Part shown: positions 35,813 through 45,754 of the stretch, piece after piece
Layout of the letters: every line of letters starts with the position of its first letter
How positions within the stretch are numbered: the first letter of the stretch is position 1
DNA from: Candidatus Acidiferrales bacterium
GTDB taxonomy: Bacteria; Acidobacteriota; Terriglobia; Acidiferrales; UBA7541
DNA length: 64,000 nucleotides
Direction of reading: 5' to 3'
Assembly (NCBI GenBank): GCA_030038535.1
Contig: JASHSV010000239.1
Span: 1,543-65,542 of the forward strand
Notes under the pieces: model-generated
Told to the model about the DNA's origin: nothing
Database searches by the model: none
What the model saw: only the letters and a program-made list of their open reading frames with translations
Program-made: the position numbers and the translations under genes

Positions 35813-37336
35813 TCAGGCGTCCGCCAGGACGCTCTCCTCTTTCTCCCCTCGTTGTCCCCTGTGTCCGCCCCCTGGCCCTCCGCTCTCGCCCGCAGCGGAG
35901 CTTCCTGCCGGAGGGATGACGGCGAGCGTCGGCAAGGCCAGGAAATGTTTAATGTCCAACTCGGTGCGCAGCATCTTGTCGCGCCATTCACGCAGAAAAG
36001 CCAAGAGCAGCCCCAGCGCCAAGCCGGCGGCGGCGCCGCCGAGAAGGAACCCGCGGCGATCCGGATAGATAAGCGCGACGCGCGGCTGATCCGCGGCACC
36101 CAGCGCCGCCTGCTGCGCGGACCGCTGGGCGCTCAGCTCCTTCTGGAGTTCCTGCTGCTTGTCGATCCATCGGCCGTAGGCCTCCCTGGCTGCATCGTCG
36201 GCGCTTTTCAGTTCCGCGTATTCGATTTGAAGAACTGGAGCGGCTGTCAATTTTGCCTGAGCAGCCAGAATCTGCTGTTGCAATCGGTCGCGGTCGCGCG
36301 TCTGTTCTTCGATCTGCGCGTCGAGGGCGCGGATCTGGGATTGGATCTGCGCGGGGTCCGGAAGGGAGGCGTCGGCGGGGGCAACTGGTTTGCCGGCAGG
36401 GCCGGTGGTTTGCGCCCGCTTGGAATCGTCAATTCGCCGCTGAATGTCAACAATGTCGGCCTTCAACTTGACCACGTCGGGATAGTCCGCGGTATAACGC
36501 GCCTGAAGAGAGACGAGCCGAGTTTGTTTGGCAGCGAGCTCCTGCTCGAGCGCTGCCGTGTCGGAGGATTCCTCGTGCGCGGCGGTTTTCGGCGCAGGGA
36601 CCCCAGGCGCGAACAGAGCCTCCGTCAGGGCGGCGCGCTTCTCCTGCGCGGTCCTGAGGGCGGAATCGGCGGCCTGCAACTGCCGATTGTAGGCCGCAAG
36701 CAAGGCTGGCGTGCCCGAGGAATCACCCTCCCTGGCGGAGAGTTCGGCGGCATGGATGCGCCTGAACTCGGAAAGCCTGGAGTCCTGCTCTTCGCGCTGG
36801 CGCCTAGCCTCTTCGATCTGTCTTGCCAAGAACTGTTCGGAGGGGCCCCCGCGCAGGTTATCGCCGGCCGGCCCGGCGAGCGGAAGGGTGACCCCGGAGA
36901 ATAAACGAGCCAGCTCGCCGGATGCGTCACGAGCAACTGCTTCGTCACTGGCAGAGAACGACAGGTCGATGCCGGCGCCGTTCGGCTCCAGAACGATGCT
37001 GCGGTTGACTTCGGCTGCCTGAGAATCCACAGGTAATTTCCGAGTGCCAGCACGGACCTCAAAGTGCGCGGCCAGGGCCTGCAGAGCCGCAGGCGTGAGA
37101 ACTCGCTGGCGGATTTCAGCCACGCTGTCAGCGGTGACCTGCGGCGAGGGTCTGATGCCGTTGGCGTCACTCGTCACGACGTGAAGGGTGACCGTCGAGG
37201 TGTATTTCGCGGGCAGAACCAAGGTAAGGGCGCAGCCGGCAGCGGCGCCCAGCAAACAGCCAGTGAAGGCCCATGCGGCGGCGCGACGCCCGATTCTCCA
37301 ATGCTCCGACGAAGAAAGTTTTCTGTGTCCCAGCAT
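35813..37336 (-). CDS. polysaccharide chain-length determinant (Wzz/GumC-like, PEP-CTERM locus type)
   Basis: An N-terminal TM is followed by PAKYTSTVTLHV, long coiled-coil segments and a C-terminal TM (GFLLGGAAAGLALGLLLAFL). Confidence 0.75.
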   Translation of the reverse strand: MLGHRKLSSSEHWRIGRRAAAWAFTGCLLGAAAGCALTLVLPAKYTSTVTLHVVTSDANGIRPSPQVTADSVAEIRQRVLTPAALQALAAHFEVRAGTRKLPVDSQAAEVNRSIVLEPNGAGIDLSFSASDEAVARDASGELARLFSGVTLPLAGPAGDNLRGGPSEQFLARQIEEARRQREEQDSRLSEFRRIHAAELSAREGDSSGTPALLAAYNRQLQAADSALRTAQEKRAALTEALFAPGVPAPKTAAHEESSDTAALEQELAAKQTRLVSLQARYTADYPDVVKLKADIVDIQRRIDDSKRAQTTGPAGKPVAPADASLPDPAQIQSQIRALDAQIEEQTRDRDRLQQQILAAQAKLTAAPVLQIEYAELKSADDAAREAYGRWIDKQQELQKELSAQRSAQQAALGAADQPRVALIYPDRRGFLLGGAAAGLALGLLLAFLREWRDKMLRTELDIKHFLALPTLAVIPPAGSSAAGESGGPGGGHRGQRGEKEESVLADA

Positions 37337-37363
37337 CGAGTTCTCTGTACCGCCTCCGAAAGG

Positions 37364-38803
37364 CTAATCGATCTTGTGAGGCCGCGTGGACCAATTGATC
37401 GTCATGCCCGCCACCTGAGTCAGGGCAATCGGGCCGCACGAGAGCATGTTGATGCACACCGTCGTATTCGAGGTCTGGCGAGCGGCGCTGTAGGTGAACG
37501 AAAGCGAAGAATAATGCCCGAGAGGCCAGGAAAGCGCCGCGCCGCCGGTCCAGTAATCGAATGCGGAGGAAGGATTCACCGCAGCGCCTGCCGTCTGCTG
37601 AAAGGCGCCATTGTGGGCGAAGCTTCCCGCGAAGGTCACCCTCACGGCGCGAGAAATCAGGTGCGAAAAGGTGCCGGAAAATTGGTCCACAAGGGAACCA
37701 AGCAAGAGACCCGAGCCACTTCCTACGCTATGCGTGTACTGGGCGCCCAGATTCCCTTTCCGCAGGGCATAGTTGAGCGACGACAGCACAGAGTAGCCAA
37801 CCAAGTTGCGGCCGCCCGGCACCGTGGTCGTTCCGGCCAATGGAGAGAACTGAGTGAGCGAAGGTCCGCCTGCAATCGTTAATTGCAACCGGTTGGTAAC
37901 GAGCCTGCGGTAGCCGAGCTGAACGGCATGGGAAGTCAAGCCCGGAATTCCCGACGGGTAGGCGATGATCGTAGCGGAATAACTCAGATTGAGGGTGTCA
38001 CGGCGGGTGAAGGAATGGTCGTAACCAAGCCGGGCGAGTATGTCGCGGGAGTTCAGCATACTGCTGTTGAAAAAATGAAGGAACCCGACGTCGGCCGATG
38101 CCGTCAGCGAATTTTTCCCGTTGATGAGATACTGCGCCTGAAAGATGCTCGCGCTCGAGAACTCAGAGACATTGCTGGAACCGATCGTCTGTGTCGGTAC
38201 TTGGTAAGGATTAAATCCCGTGACCACGCCGATGCCCGACGGTCCGGTAAGTCCCCCCCCCAGGTAGCCCAGACCTGCCAATCCGAAGTCTGAGTTCGGG
38301 AGATAGGAGAAGCTTTCGCCAAACAGCAAGTTCCAGTGGCGCGCGGAAATTTTCTCCGACACATTGAGCTGCTGCGCCGTGGCGTTGGACACGTATTTCG
38401 GGTTGTAGAACAAGCCTTCTGAGGAACAATCCAGGGACAGGGTTGAATTCCGGCTCATCAATTGCAATGAAAATCCACCCATCACTGAGGTGACCGAATC
38501 ACCCTGGCTGGCGCCCGTTGAGGACACGAATCCGGGATTTGTGTCGTACACCTCCTGCACGCTGATGCGCGGGACGAAGAAGCTGTGGCCGCTAGTGACA
38601 TCGGGGAAACGGTAGGATTCCACTCCTCCCACCGGACCCGGGGCGTTTTGTCCACCGGCCTCCTGAGTGGCGGCGCCTTGATCGCCGGTCTGGCCCGAGG
38701 CAGGAGGCGCGTCCTGCTGCGCGCGTAGAGGCCGCGGGGCGAGAAGAATCACGCCGCACGCGGCGAGCACTAGAAATCGAGCGGGGATGAGACGGGAGTT
38801 CAT
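37364..38803 (-). CDS. outer-membrane beta-barrel protein (PEP-CTERM-locus associated type)
   Basis: It has a signal peptide (MNSRLIPARFLVLAACGVILLAPRPLRAQQ). The sequence is rich in Gly/Ser/Thr/Tyr with alternating strands. The C-terminus INWSTRPHKID lacks a terminal aromatic residue. Confidence 0.6.
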   Translation of the reverse strand: MNSRLIPARFLVLAACGVILLAPRPLRAQQDAPPASGQTGDQGAATQEAGGQNAPGPVGGVESYRFPDVTSGHSFFVPRISVQEVYDTNPGFVSSTGASQGDSVTSVMGGFSLQLMSRNSTLSLDCSSEGLFYNPKYVSNATAQQLNVSEKISARHWNLLFGESFSYLPNSDFGLAGLGYLGGGLTGPSGIGVVTGFNPYQVPTQTIGSSNVSEFSSASIFQAQYLINGKNSLTASADVGFLHFFNSSMLNSRDILARLGYDHSFTRRDTLNLSYSATIIAYPSGIPGLTSHAVQLGYRRLVTNRLQLTIAGGPSLTQFSPLAGTTTVPGGRNLVGYSVLSSLNYALRKGNLGAQYTHSVGSGSGLLLGSLVDQFSGTFSHLISRAVRVTFAGSFAHNGAFQQTAGAAVNPSSAFDYWTGGAALSWPLGHYSSLSFTYSAARQTSNTTVCINMLSCGPIALTQVAGMTINWSTRPHKID

Positions 38804-38816
38804 AGGCCGGTCAGCG

Positions 38817-39461
38817 TCACGGGACCACGATCGTGTCGCCGGATCTGAGTTCGAGATTCTGCTCGGGATTTTGTCCCTTGATCACCGCCTTGTAGTTGAA
38901 GGGATGTTTTACCTGTTTGCCGTCTTCCGTTCGCAGCACATAGATGCCTTTGATGTTGGCAAACTGAGTGAAACTGCCAGCGGTAGCCAGGGCCTGAAGC
39001 ACGTTCATCCCCGGCAAGAGCGTAATGGCGCCGGGACGGCTCACTTCGCCCATCACATAAACGCGCCGGCTATTCACGGCCGTGACAATTACGGTCACCT
39101 CGGGATCAGAGATGAACTTCTTGAGGCCGTCCCGAATCGCGACGCCTAATTGAGTAGGGGTAAGCCCGGCGGCTTGCACGTCGTTTAAGAGTGGCAGCGA
39201 AATTTTGCCGTCAGGCCGCACCGGGACGATCTTGGTCAGTTCAGCCTCCTTCCAAACGTTGATGGAAAGCATGTCCTCCGGGCCGATGATGTAGCCCGGA
39301 TCGTCAGTAGCCGCTTTGGGAGCAGATGGCTCCGGGGCCTGCTGCGCTGGCGGCTTCTGCCCGGCCTCGGAATCTTTGCGGGTCGTGTTGCCCTGTCGCG
39401 CCGCAGCGGGCGGCACGCAGAACAGCAGCGTAAGAGCCAGAAGCTTTGCCTGCTTCCGCAT
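38817..39461 (-). CDS. polysaccharide export protein (Wza/EpsE-like, Poly_export + SLBB)
   Basis: GGAGG serves as RBS and a signal peptide is present. It has the Poly_export motif YIIGPEDMLSINVW and an SLBB-like C-terminus. Confidence 0.85.
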   Translation of the reverse strand: MRKQAKLLALTLLFCVPPAAARQGNTTRKDSEAGQKPPAQQAPEPSAPKAATDDPGYIIGPEDMLSINVWKEAELTKIVPVRPDGKISLPLLNDVQAAGLTPTQLGVAIRDGLKKFISDPEVTVIVTAVNSRRVYVMGEVSRPGAITLLPGMNVLQALATAGSFTQFANIKGIYVLRTEDGKQVKHPFNYKAVIKGQNPEQNLELRSGDTIVVP

Positions 39462-39480
39462 TCGATCCTCCCCCGACCCC

Positions 39481-40431
39481 TCAGTCGCCTAGGGCTTCTT
39501 CGGGCCCGATTTGCTTCAACTTGTAAAGCAGCGCCTTATAGCTGATGCGAAGCTCCATGGCCGCGCGCTTGCGGTTCCAGCGCGTCCGCGCCAGCGCCTT
39601 CAGGATCAGCTCGCGTTCGGCACGCCGCGATGCCGCACGCGCCGCGTCTTTCAGAGAGACGACGGGCGCCCCGGTTGCCGTGCTGAGCGCCGCGGGCGAC
39701 GTAGCCCCCGCCTGAACAATTTGAAACGATTCCCCGCCGACCACCACAGCATTCTTCATTGCGTTTTCCAGTTCGCGAATATTCCCCGGCCAATCGTATT
39801 CCTGCAGGGAGCGCATCTCTTGCGCGCTGAACGCCGGCTTCGGCCTGCCGAACTGCGCAGCGAATCGCGCCAGAAAGTAGTCGGCGAGCAAGGAGATGTC
39901 TTCCTTTCGGTGGCGCAGGGGGGGAAGCCGCAAACACACACCGTTCAGGCGGAAGTACAGCTCCTCACGGAATCGACCGGAGCGCATGCACTCCTCCAGA
40001 TTCCGCGTGGTTCCGCTGATCATGCGCGGCGCCGTCGCATTGCCGGTCCCTTCGCATTCCGCCAGAGACAGCAATAAGCGCATCTGCGCCGCGGAGGAGA
40101 GGTCGGCGATTTCGTCCAGAAACACCGTGCCCCGCTCCTGCCCAATGACTTCGAGCGAGAGTTGTTCCGGCGTGACACTGGAGGCCAAGATTTTTCGCAA
40201 GGAGTGGCCACTCCGGCGCGAGTGACGGTGCAGGTGCATGGCCACAGCATCCTTGCCGGTTCCACTCTCACCGATCAGCAGGACGGGTATCTCCGTGGGA
40301 GCGATGTCTCGCATGACTTGTTCGATCGAGCGCATGGCCGAGTTTTCGGACTCCAGATAAACAACGTGCGCCGGACTGCGCCCTGAATAACGGCTGTCCG
40401 CCGGGATCACTTGTGCCTGTCGACGGGCCAT
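39481..40431 (-). CDS. AAA+ / Fis-HTH transcriptional regulator of the sigma-54-activator family, lacking the GAFTGA loop and any receiver domain
   Basis: GGAGG sits upstream of the ATG at 40431. GESGTGKD, FLDEI, FREELYFRL, WPGNIRELEN and the HTH AAMELRISYKALLYKL are all present. Only 22 aa (RKILASSVTPEQLSLEVIGQER) lie between the post-Walker-A region and GTVFLDEI, where about 40 aa including ESELFGHEKGAFTGA are normally found. Confidence 0.8.
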   Translation of the reverse strand: MARRQAQVIPADSRYSGRSPAHVVYLESENSAMRSIEQVMRDIAPTEIPVLLIGESGTGKDAVAMHLHRHSRRSGHSLRKILASSVTPEQLSLEVIGQERGTVFLDEIADLSSAAQMRLLLSLAECEGTGNATAPRMISGTTRNLEECMRSGRFREELYFRLNGVCLRLPPLRHRKEDISLLADYFLARFAAQFGRPKPAFSAQEMRSLQEYDWPGNIRELENAMKNAVVVGGESFQIVQAGATSPAALSTATGAPVVSLKDAARAASRRAERELILKALARTRWNRKRAAMELRISYKALLYKLKQIGPEEALGD

Positions 40432-40504
40432 GCTGCCTCCGAATTGTGCGGGATGCCCTGAGGCGTAGAAACAGCTCCCTGCGCCTCGGGGCGGAGACGA
40501 GCAG

Positions 40505-40520
40505 TGCACCCCGAATGCCA
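40505..40520 (-). promoter_or_regulatory. candidate sigma-54 promoter upstream of the EPS export operon
   Basis: The minus strand reads TGGCAT-TCGGG-GTGCA with correct GG-N10-GC spacing and one mismatch per box. It lies about 75 nt upstream of the ATG at 40431. Confidence 0.4.
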
Positions 40521-41039
40521 GCGAGCGGCAATTCCGGGGATTCTGGACAAATGCTTTAACCCATTGACAGAACATCAGTTGAACGTCTCCCGGAGATCCG
40601 ACACGGATGCGCGAGTTGCGTTCTATGAGCAACTCTTACCATAAAAAGACAAAAGTTTATCCATTCGCGAGCGGCTGGTGTACACTCCTTGGCACTCATT
40701 AGCGGAGATTCGTCTCTAACTTATTATAACTAAATGATTTATCCATCGACTTCGACGCACAGGGATTGGCGCGACGGCATGCCCGGGGTGAGGAAGAATC
40801 TTGCCAGTTTCCTCGTGAGCTTCAGAGCGAATGGGCCGAAGGAACAGCTACGTGCTTGAAGCCACGAGACTTGTTGGCCCCCATCTATCGAGTTGCGTGG
40901 AAGACGAATTGCACGCTCTGGCGGGTCCTCAGCACACGCCATGGGCAAGCTGGTGAAGCAGGATAACAAGCGGGCCCAGGGGTCGGCGGCCCACAGGATG
41001 TCAGAAACGCCGGCTGGAGTCTGGGTGCACAAAACGGGA

Positions 41040-43352
41040 ATGAAAACGAAAGGTACGAACGAGAATCGTCCGCGGTGGATGAGGCTGATGATTGGCGGCA
41101 CGCTATCGGCAGCACTTTTGCTGGCTAGCTCGGGTTGCACACGGGACCCCAATGTAAGGAAACAGCGGTTTGTCGAGAGCGGCGACAAGTACCTGGCCAA
41201 AGGCAAATACCGCGAGGCCGAGATCGAATATCAGAACGCGCTGCAGATTGACGCAGGGTTCCTACCGGCGCACACAGAGCTGGCCAAGGTGTACCTGCGG
41301 CTGGGGGCGTGGGGCGCGGCGGTGAAGGAACTCCGCGCCGTCCTGCACCTCGACCCCAAGAACGTGCAGGCCCACGTGGAGCTGGGAAACATCCTGCTGC
41401 TGGGCAGAGACGTTGCGGGAGGGGAGGAACACGCGCGCGCGGTTCTTGCCCTCGCACCGGACAATGTGGATGGACACATCCTGCTGGCCAATGCGCTCTC
41501 TGCGCGCGAGGATTCGGCCGGCGCGCTGGAAGAGATGCAGAAGGCCCTCGATCTCGATCCCAAGCGCACCACGAGTTACCTGAACCAAGCGGCCCTCCAG
41601 GCCAAGGCGGGCCATCCTGCCGACGCCGAGCAGAGCTACAGGAAAGCCCTGGAGCTGGATCCGAAGTCCGCGGCCGCGCTGCTGGCATTCGGAAATTTCT
41701 ACCAGCAGCAGAAGCGTCATGCAGAGGCGGAAGCAGAGTACCGTGAGGCCATGCAACTCGAGCCCACAAACCCGCAGCCGGTGATTTCACTTTCCCGCAT
41801 GCTGCTGGCAGAAGGGAAACGGGACCAGGCTGAGCAGACGATCAAGGATGCAAAGCCGAACTTGAGCAAAAACCCGATTGGGTACCGGCTGCTGGCTGAG
41901 TTCTATTCGGGGCTAGGGGACCTGGGGCGCGCTGCAGACGAGTACGCGTCGCTCGTGCAGGATCATCCCGATGACACCCGGCTGAAAAACGACTACGTGC
42001 AGGTACTTATCACTGCCAAGCGCGTTGACGAGGCCTCAAAGCTAAACGACGCCATTCTGAAAGCAGCACCCAAGGACCCCGGAGCCCTGATCGCAGAGGG
42101 CCAAATCCTGGTGCGGCAGGGCAAGCCTGGGGAGGCCGTGAAACTGCTCGAACCGGTGGTAGCGAGCGAGCCTGAGAACGCCACGGGACAATTTCAATTC
42201 GGTGTGGCCCTGGCGGCGGAGGGAAACCTGGCGCGCGCGGAACAAGCCTGGCGGCAGGCGGCAAAGTTGCGTCCCGATCTGCCCGCAGCGCAGGAAGCGC
42301 TGGCAGAACTGGCCATCCGCAAGGACGACGTGGAACTGCTGATGAACAGCGCCGAGGCTCTGATTCGGATCAATCCGAAACTGGCCAACGGATACACGCT
42401 GCGCGGGCTGGGGAAAATCGCCAAGGGCGACCGGGCGGGAGCAGAGATGGATCTGAACACCGCCATGTCCCTGGCTCCTGACGATCCAACGCCCTACACG
42501 CGGATGGGCGCGCTTCGCGACCGGGAGAAGCGCTTTTCCGAGGCGGAAAAATATGATGAGCAGGCGCTGGCCAAGAATCCGGACTTCATCGAGGCCTTGC
42601 GCGGTCTGGTGCGTGTGGATTTGGAGCAGAATCAAGGGGCCAAAGCCATCGCCCGGGTGCAGCAGCAGATCGTCAGATCGCCTTCGAATTCCGGATTCCA
42701 GGTTTTGCTCGCTCGACTGTATGCCGAACAGCATCAGTGGCCGGAAGCGGAAGAGGCGCTGGTGAAAGCCACCACGATGGACTCCAATAACCTCGACGCG
42801 TTTCTGCTACTCGCCCAGGTGCAGGCGCAGCGCGGTGCGCTGGATCGCGCGGTCCAGAACTACCAGCAGAGCATCCAGCAGCACCCGACGGACGTGCGGC
42901 CATACGTCCTGCTGGGGATGCTGGAGGAGTCCAGGCGCGACCTGGCGCAAGCGCGGCGACTCTATGAAAAGGCCTTGCAGGTCCAGCCCAACAATCCGCT
43001 GGCGGCGAACAATCTCGCCTACCTGCTCCTGGAGACGGGCGGTGACACGAATAGCGCGCTGACGCTGGCCCAAACGGCGCGCCAGGCTCTGCCACAGAAT
43101 CCCAATGTCGCGGACACGTTGGCCTGGGTGTACTACCAGAAAGGGGTATACGGCTCCGCGGCGGACCTGCTGAAAGAGGCGGTGCACGCCAAGCCGGATG
43201 ACGCGACGTTTCATTACCACCTAGGGATGACGTATGACAAACTGAACGACAAGGCGCACGCACGCGAAGAGCTGGAGCGCGCGCTCAAACTGAATCCGAA
43301 TTTCGAGCATGCGGCGGAAATTAAGCAGGTTCTCAGTACGCTCGGCGGCTGA
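41040..43352 (+). CDS. large TPR-repeat lipoprotein (PEP-CTERM system PrsT-like)
   Basis: It has a lipobox (LLLASSGC) and more than 15 TPR repeats across roughly 770 aa. The exact start (41040 or 41079) is uncertain. It is divergent from the EPS export operon. Confidence 0.75.
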   Translation: MKTKGTNENRPRWMRLMIGGTLSAALLLASSGCTRDPNVRKQRFVESGDKYLAKGKYREAEIEYQNALQIDAGFLPAHTELAKVYLRLGAWGAAVKELRAVLHLDPKNVQAHVELGNILLLGRDVAGGEEHARAVLALAPDNVDGHILLANALSAREDSAGALEEMQKALDLDPKRTTSYLNQAALQAKAGHPADAEQSYRKALELDPKSAAALLAFGNFYQQQKRHAEAEAEYREAMQLEPTNPQPVISLSRMLLAEGKRDQAEQTIKDAKPNLSKNPIGYRLLAEFYSGLGDLGRAADEYASLVQDHPDDTRLKNDYVQVLITAKRVDEASKLNDAILKAAPKDPGALIAEGQILVRQGKPGEAVKLLEPVVASEPENATGQFQFGVALAAEGNLARAEQAWRQAAKLRPDLPAAQEALAELAIRKDDVELLMNSAEALIRINPKLANGYTLRGLGKIAKGDRAGAEMDLNTAMSLAPDDPTPYTRMGALRDREKRFSEAEKYDEQALAKNPDFIEALRGLVRVDLEQNQGAKAIARVQQQIVRSPSNSGFQVLLARLYAEQHQWPEAEEALVKATTMDSNNLDAFLLLAQVQAQRGALDRAVQNYQQSIQQHPTDVRPYVLLGMLEESRRDLAQARRLYEKALQVQPNNPLAANNLAYLLLETGGDTNSALTLAQTARQALPQNPNVADTLAWVYYQKGVYGSAADLLKEAVHAKPDDATFHYHLGMTYDKLNDKAHAREELERALKLNPNFEHAAEIKQVLSTLGG

Positions 43353-43466
43353 ACCCTCTCGCCTGCGACCGGCATCCTCCCGATGGCAGTCAGAGAGCCA
43401 TTCCTCTCCAACCACAAACGCTTTGCAACACGTGCGATTTCCTGCTGAGGAGCAATTCGACACCGG

Positions 43467-44330
43467 TTGACGCGCGAAAAAGGGTTTGCCATTATCGCTA
43501 GGTCACCTCTGGGGGCGGCTATTTCGCTGCGCGTTCTGATCCTGGGCTCGGGAAGTTCGGGCAACGCGACGCTGGTCGAGACTTCGACCACGCGCCTGCT
43601 GGTGGATGCGGGCTTCAACCGCAGAGAAACTCTGCGGCGGCTGGCGGCACTGGGCGCCTCGGTAGACGGAGTGAACGGGATCTTCGTTTCGCACGAACAC
43701 TCCGATCACGTCTCCGGGCTGGCCAACCTGAGCCGTCTGTGGAACGCCCCGGTGTTCATCACTGCGGGAACGTACGCGGAATACCGGCGGCTGGCGCCGC
43801 AGGACGAGGCGCAGAAGCTGCGCGCGGTCGAGACGCTGCAAGCCTCGCGGCGATTCCAGGTGGGCGATATCGAAGTAACCGCGTTCTCGATTCCCCATGA
43901 CGCGGCGGATCCTGTGGCGTTCAGCTTGCGGGCGGAGGGCTTCAAGATATCCATTGTCACGGATCTGGGCTACCTGCCGGCGCACGTTCGTGAGCACGTG
44001 CGCGGGTCGGACCTGCTGGTGCTGGAATCAAACCACGACCTCGAGATGCTGAAAGTGGGACCGTACCCGTGGCACGTGAAACAGCGGGTGATGAGCCGCA
44101 CCGGGCATCTCTCCAACCACGCAGTGAGCGAATTTCTGGCCGATGGAGAGGGATTCGACGCGCGGGCGCGATGGCTGGTGCTGGCGCACCTTTCCGAAAA
44201 CAACAACAACCCGGACCTTGCGCGGCTCTCCGCGGAAGAGGCGCTGGGCCGGCGGCCGGAATCGACCGCGTTTGTGGGCGAGCTGCACATCGCGTCGCAG
44301 CGAACGCCGCTCGGGCCGTTTGTGTTCTGA
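43467..44330 (+). CDS. MBL-fold metallo-hydrolase (YycJ/PhnP-like)
   Basis: It has LILGSGSSGNATLV, the HEHSDHVSG (HxHxDH) motif and a C-terminal LAHLSENNN. The start codon is uncertain, because the track ORF begins with TTG. Confidence 0.8.
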   Translation: MTREKGFAIIARSPLGAAISLRVLILGSGSSGNATLVETSTTRLLVDAGFNRRETLRRLAALGASVDGVNGIFVSHEHSDHVSGLANLSRLWNAPVFITAGTYAEYRRLAPQDEAQKLRAVETLQASRRFQVGDIEVTAFSIPHDAADPVAFSLRAEGFKISIVTDLGYLPAHVREHVRGSDLLVLESNHDLEMLKVGPYPWHVKQRVMSRTGHLSNHAVSEFLADGEGFDARARWLVLAHLSENNNNPDLARLSAEEALGRRPESTAFVGELHIASQRTPLGPFVF

Positions 44331-44375
44331 CGGAATGAGCGGGATCCGCATTCTGGAAATTTCGACGGAGCCACA

Positions 44376-45680
44376 GTGATTCCACGTTACACGCGCGCGG
44401 AGATGGGGCGGCTGTGGAGCGACGAAAACCGCTTTGCGAAATGGCTGGAGGTGGAGCTGGCCGCCACAAGCACGCTGGCCGAGGCGGGAATCGTGCCTGC
44501 GGCGGCGGCGGAAACGCTGCGGGGGCGCGCTCGCGTGGATGTGAAACGCATTCAGGAAGTCGAAGCGCGCGTGAAGCACGACGTGATCGCGTTCACTGTG
44601 GTGGTGGGCGAATCCGTGGGGGACGCGGAAGCTGCGCGCTGGCTGCATTACGGGCTGACTTCGAACGACGTGGTGGACACGGCGCAGGCGCTGGTACTGC
44701 GGGAGGCCTCGGCGCAGATCGAGGCCGGACTCAGAGCATTGGGCGACGTGCTGCGGCGGCGTGCGTTTGAGTTCAAGAACACGCCTCAGATCGGTCGAAC
44801 GCATGGGATCCACGCGGAGCCGATCACGTTCGGGCTCAAACTGGCCATCTGGTATTCGGAAAACCAGCGCAATCTCGAACGCTTTCTGGCGGCGGCGCGG
44901 CAGCTCGCGGTGGGAAAAATCTCTGGCGCGGTAGGAACGTGCGCGCACCTGGGGCCGGAGATCGAGCAGAAAATCTGCGCGCGGCTGGGACTCGAGACCG
45001 CTCCGGTGACCTCGCAGGTATTGCAGCGCGACCGGCACGCGCAGTACCTGGCTGCGCTGGCCATCATTGCCGCCTCGCTGGAAACCGTGGCGCTCGAAAT
45101 CCGCCACCTGCAGCGTACGGAAGTGCGCGAGGCGGAGGAGCCGTTCGCCACGGGCCAGCGCGGCAGCTCGGCGATGCCGCACAAACGGAATCCGGTGAGC
45201 TGCGAGCAGGTGTGCGGGCTGGCGCGGCTGGTGCGCACGAACGCGCTGGCGGCAGTGGAGAACATGGCACTCTGGCACGAGCGCGACATTTCGCACAGCT
45301 CGGTAGAACGCGTGATCCTGCCGGACTCGACCACGCTGGTGGATTACCTGCTGCAGCGCATGACCGGGATCGTGGGCGAGATGCGGGTGTTCCCGGATAG
45401 GATGCGCCGCAACCTGGAGCTGACGCACGGGCTGGTATTTTCCGGTCAGCTCCTGCAAGACCTGGTGGAAGCCGGCGCGCCGCGCGAGGACGCCTACAAG
45501 TGGGTGCAGGAAAACGCCATGGCCGCGTGGGAACTGGAAGGGAATTTCCGGGAACGAGTAGCGGCCGATGCGCGGATCACGCGGCATCTTTCTCCTCAGG
45601 CGCTCGAGCGGGCGTTTGACATCGAGCGGCAGCTCCGCTACGTGGACTCAATTTTCTCGCGCGTGTTTGGAGCGAGCTGA
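44376..45680 (+). CDS. purB: adenylosuccinate lyase
   Basis: 434 aa with the fumarate-lyase signature GSSAMPHKRNP. The start codon is GTG. Confidence 0.95.
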   Translation: MIPRYTRAEMGRLWSDENRFAKWLEVELAATSTLAEAGIVPAAAAETLRGRARVDVKRIQEVEARVKHDVIAFTVVVGESVGDAEAARWLHYGLTSNDVVDTAQALVLREASAQIEAGLRALGDVLRRRAFEFKNTPQIGRTHGIHAEPITFGLKLAIWYSENQRNLERFLAAARQLAVGKISGAVGTCAHLGPEIEQKICARLGLETAPVTSQVLQRDRHAQYLAALAIIAASLETVALEIRHLQRTEVREAEEPFATGQRGSSAMPHKRNPVSCEQVCGLARLVRTNALAAVENMALWHERDISHSSVERVILPDSTTLVDYLLQRMTGIVGEMRVFPDRMRRNLELTHGLVFSGQLLQDLVEAGAPREDAYKWVQENAMAAWELEGNFRERVAADARITRHLSPQALERAFDIERQLRYVDSIFSRVFGAS

Positions 45681-45754
45681 ACCTGGCCCCCGGGTCTGCC
45701 GCCTGCGAAATCCGGCTAAACCTGGAAGTGCTTTCGGCCGAAGGAACTAGTGGT

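Noticed and set aside
40690-40703. TTGGCAC-N-AGC sigma-54-like element upstream of the TPR lipoprotein gene.
   Set aside because: The GG-to-GC spacing is 9 nt instead of the strictly conserved 10, and the element lies about 350 nt from the start codon.
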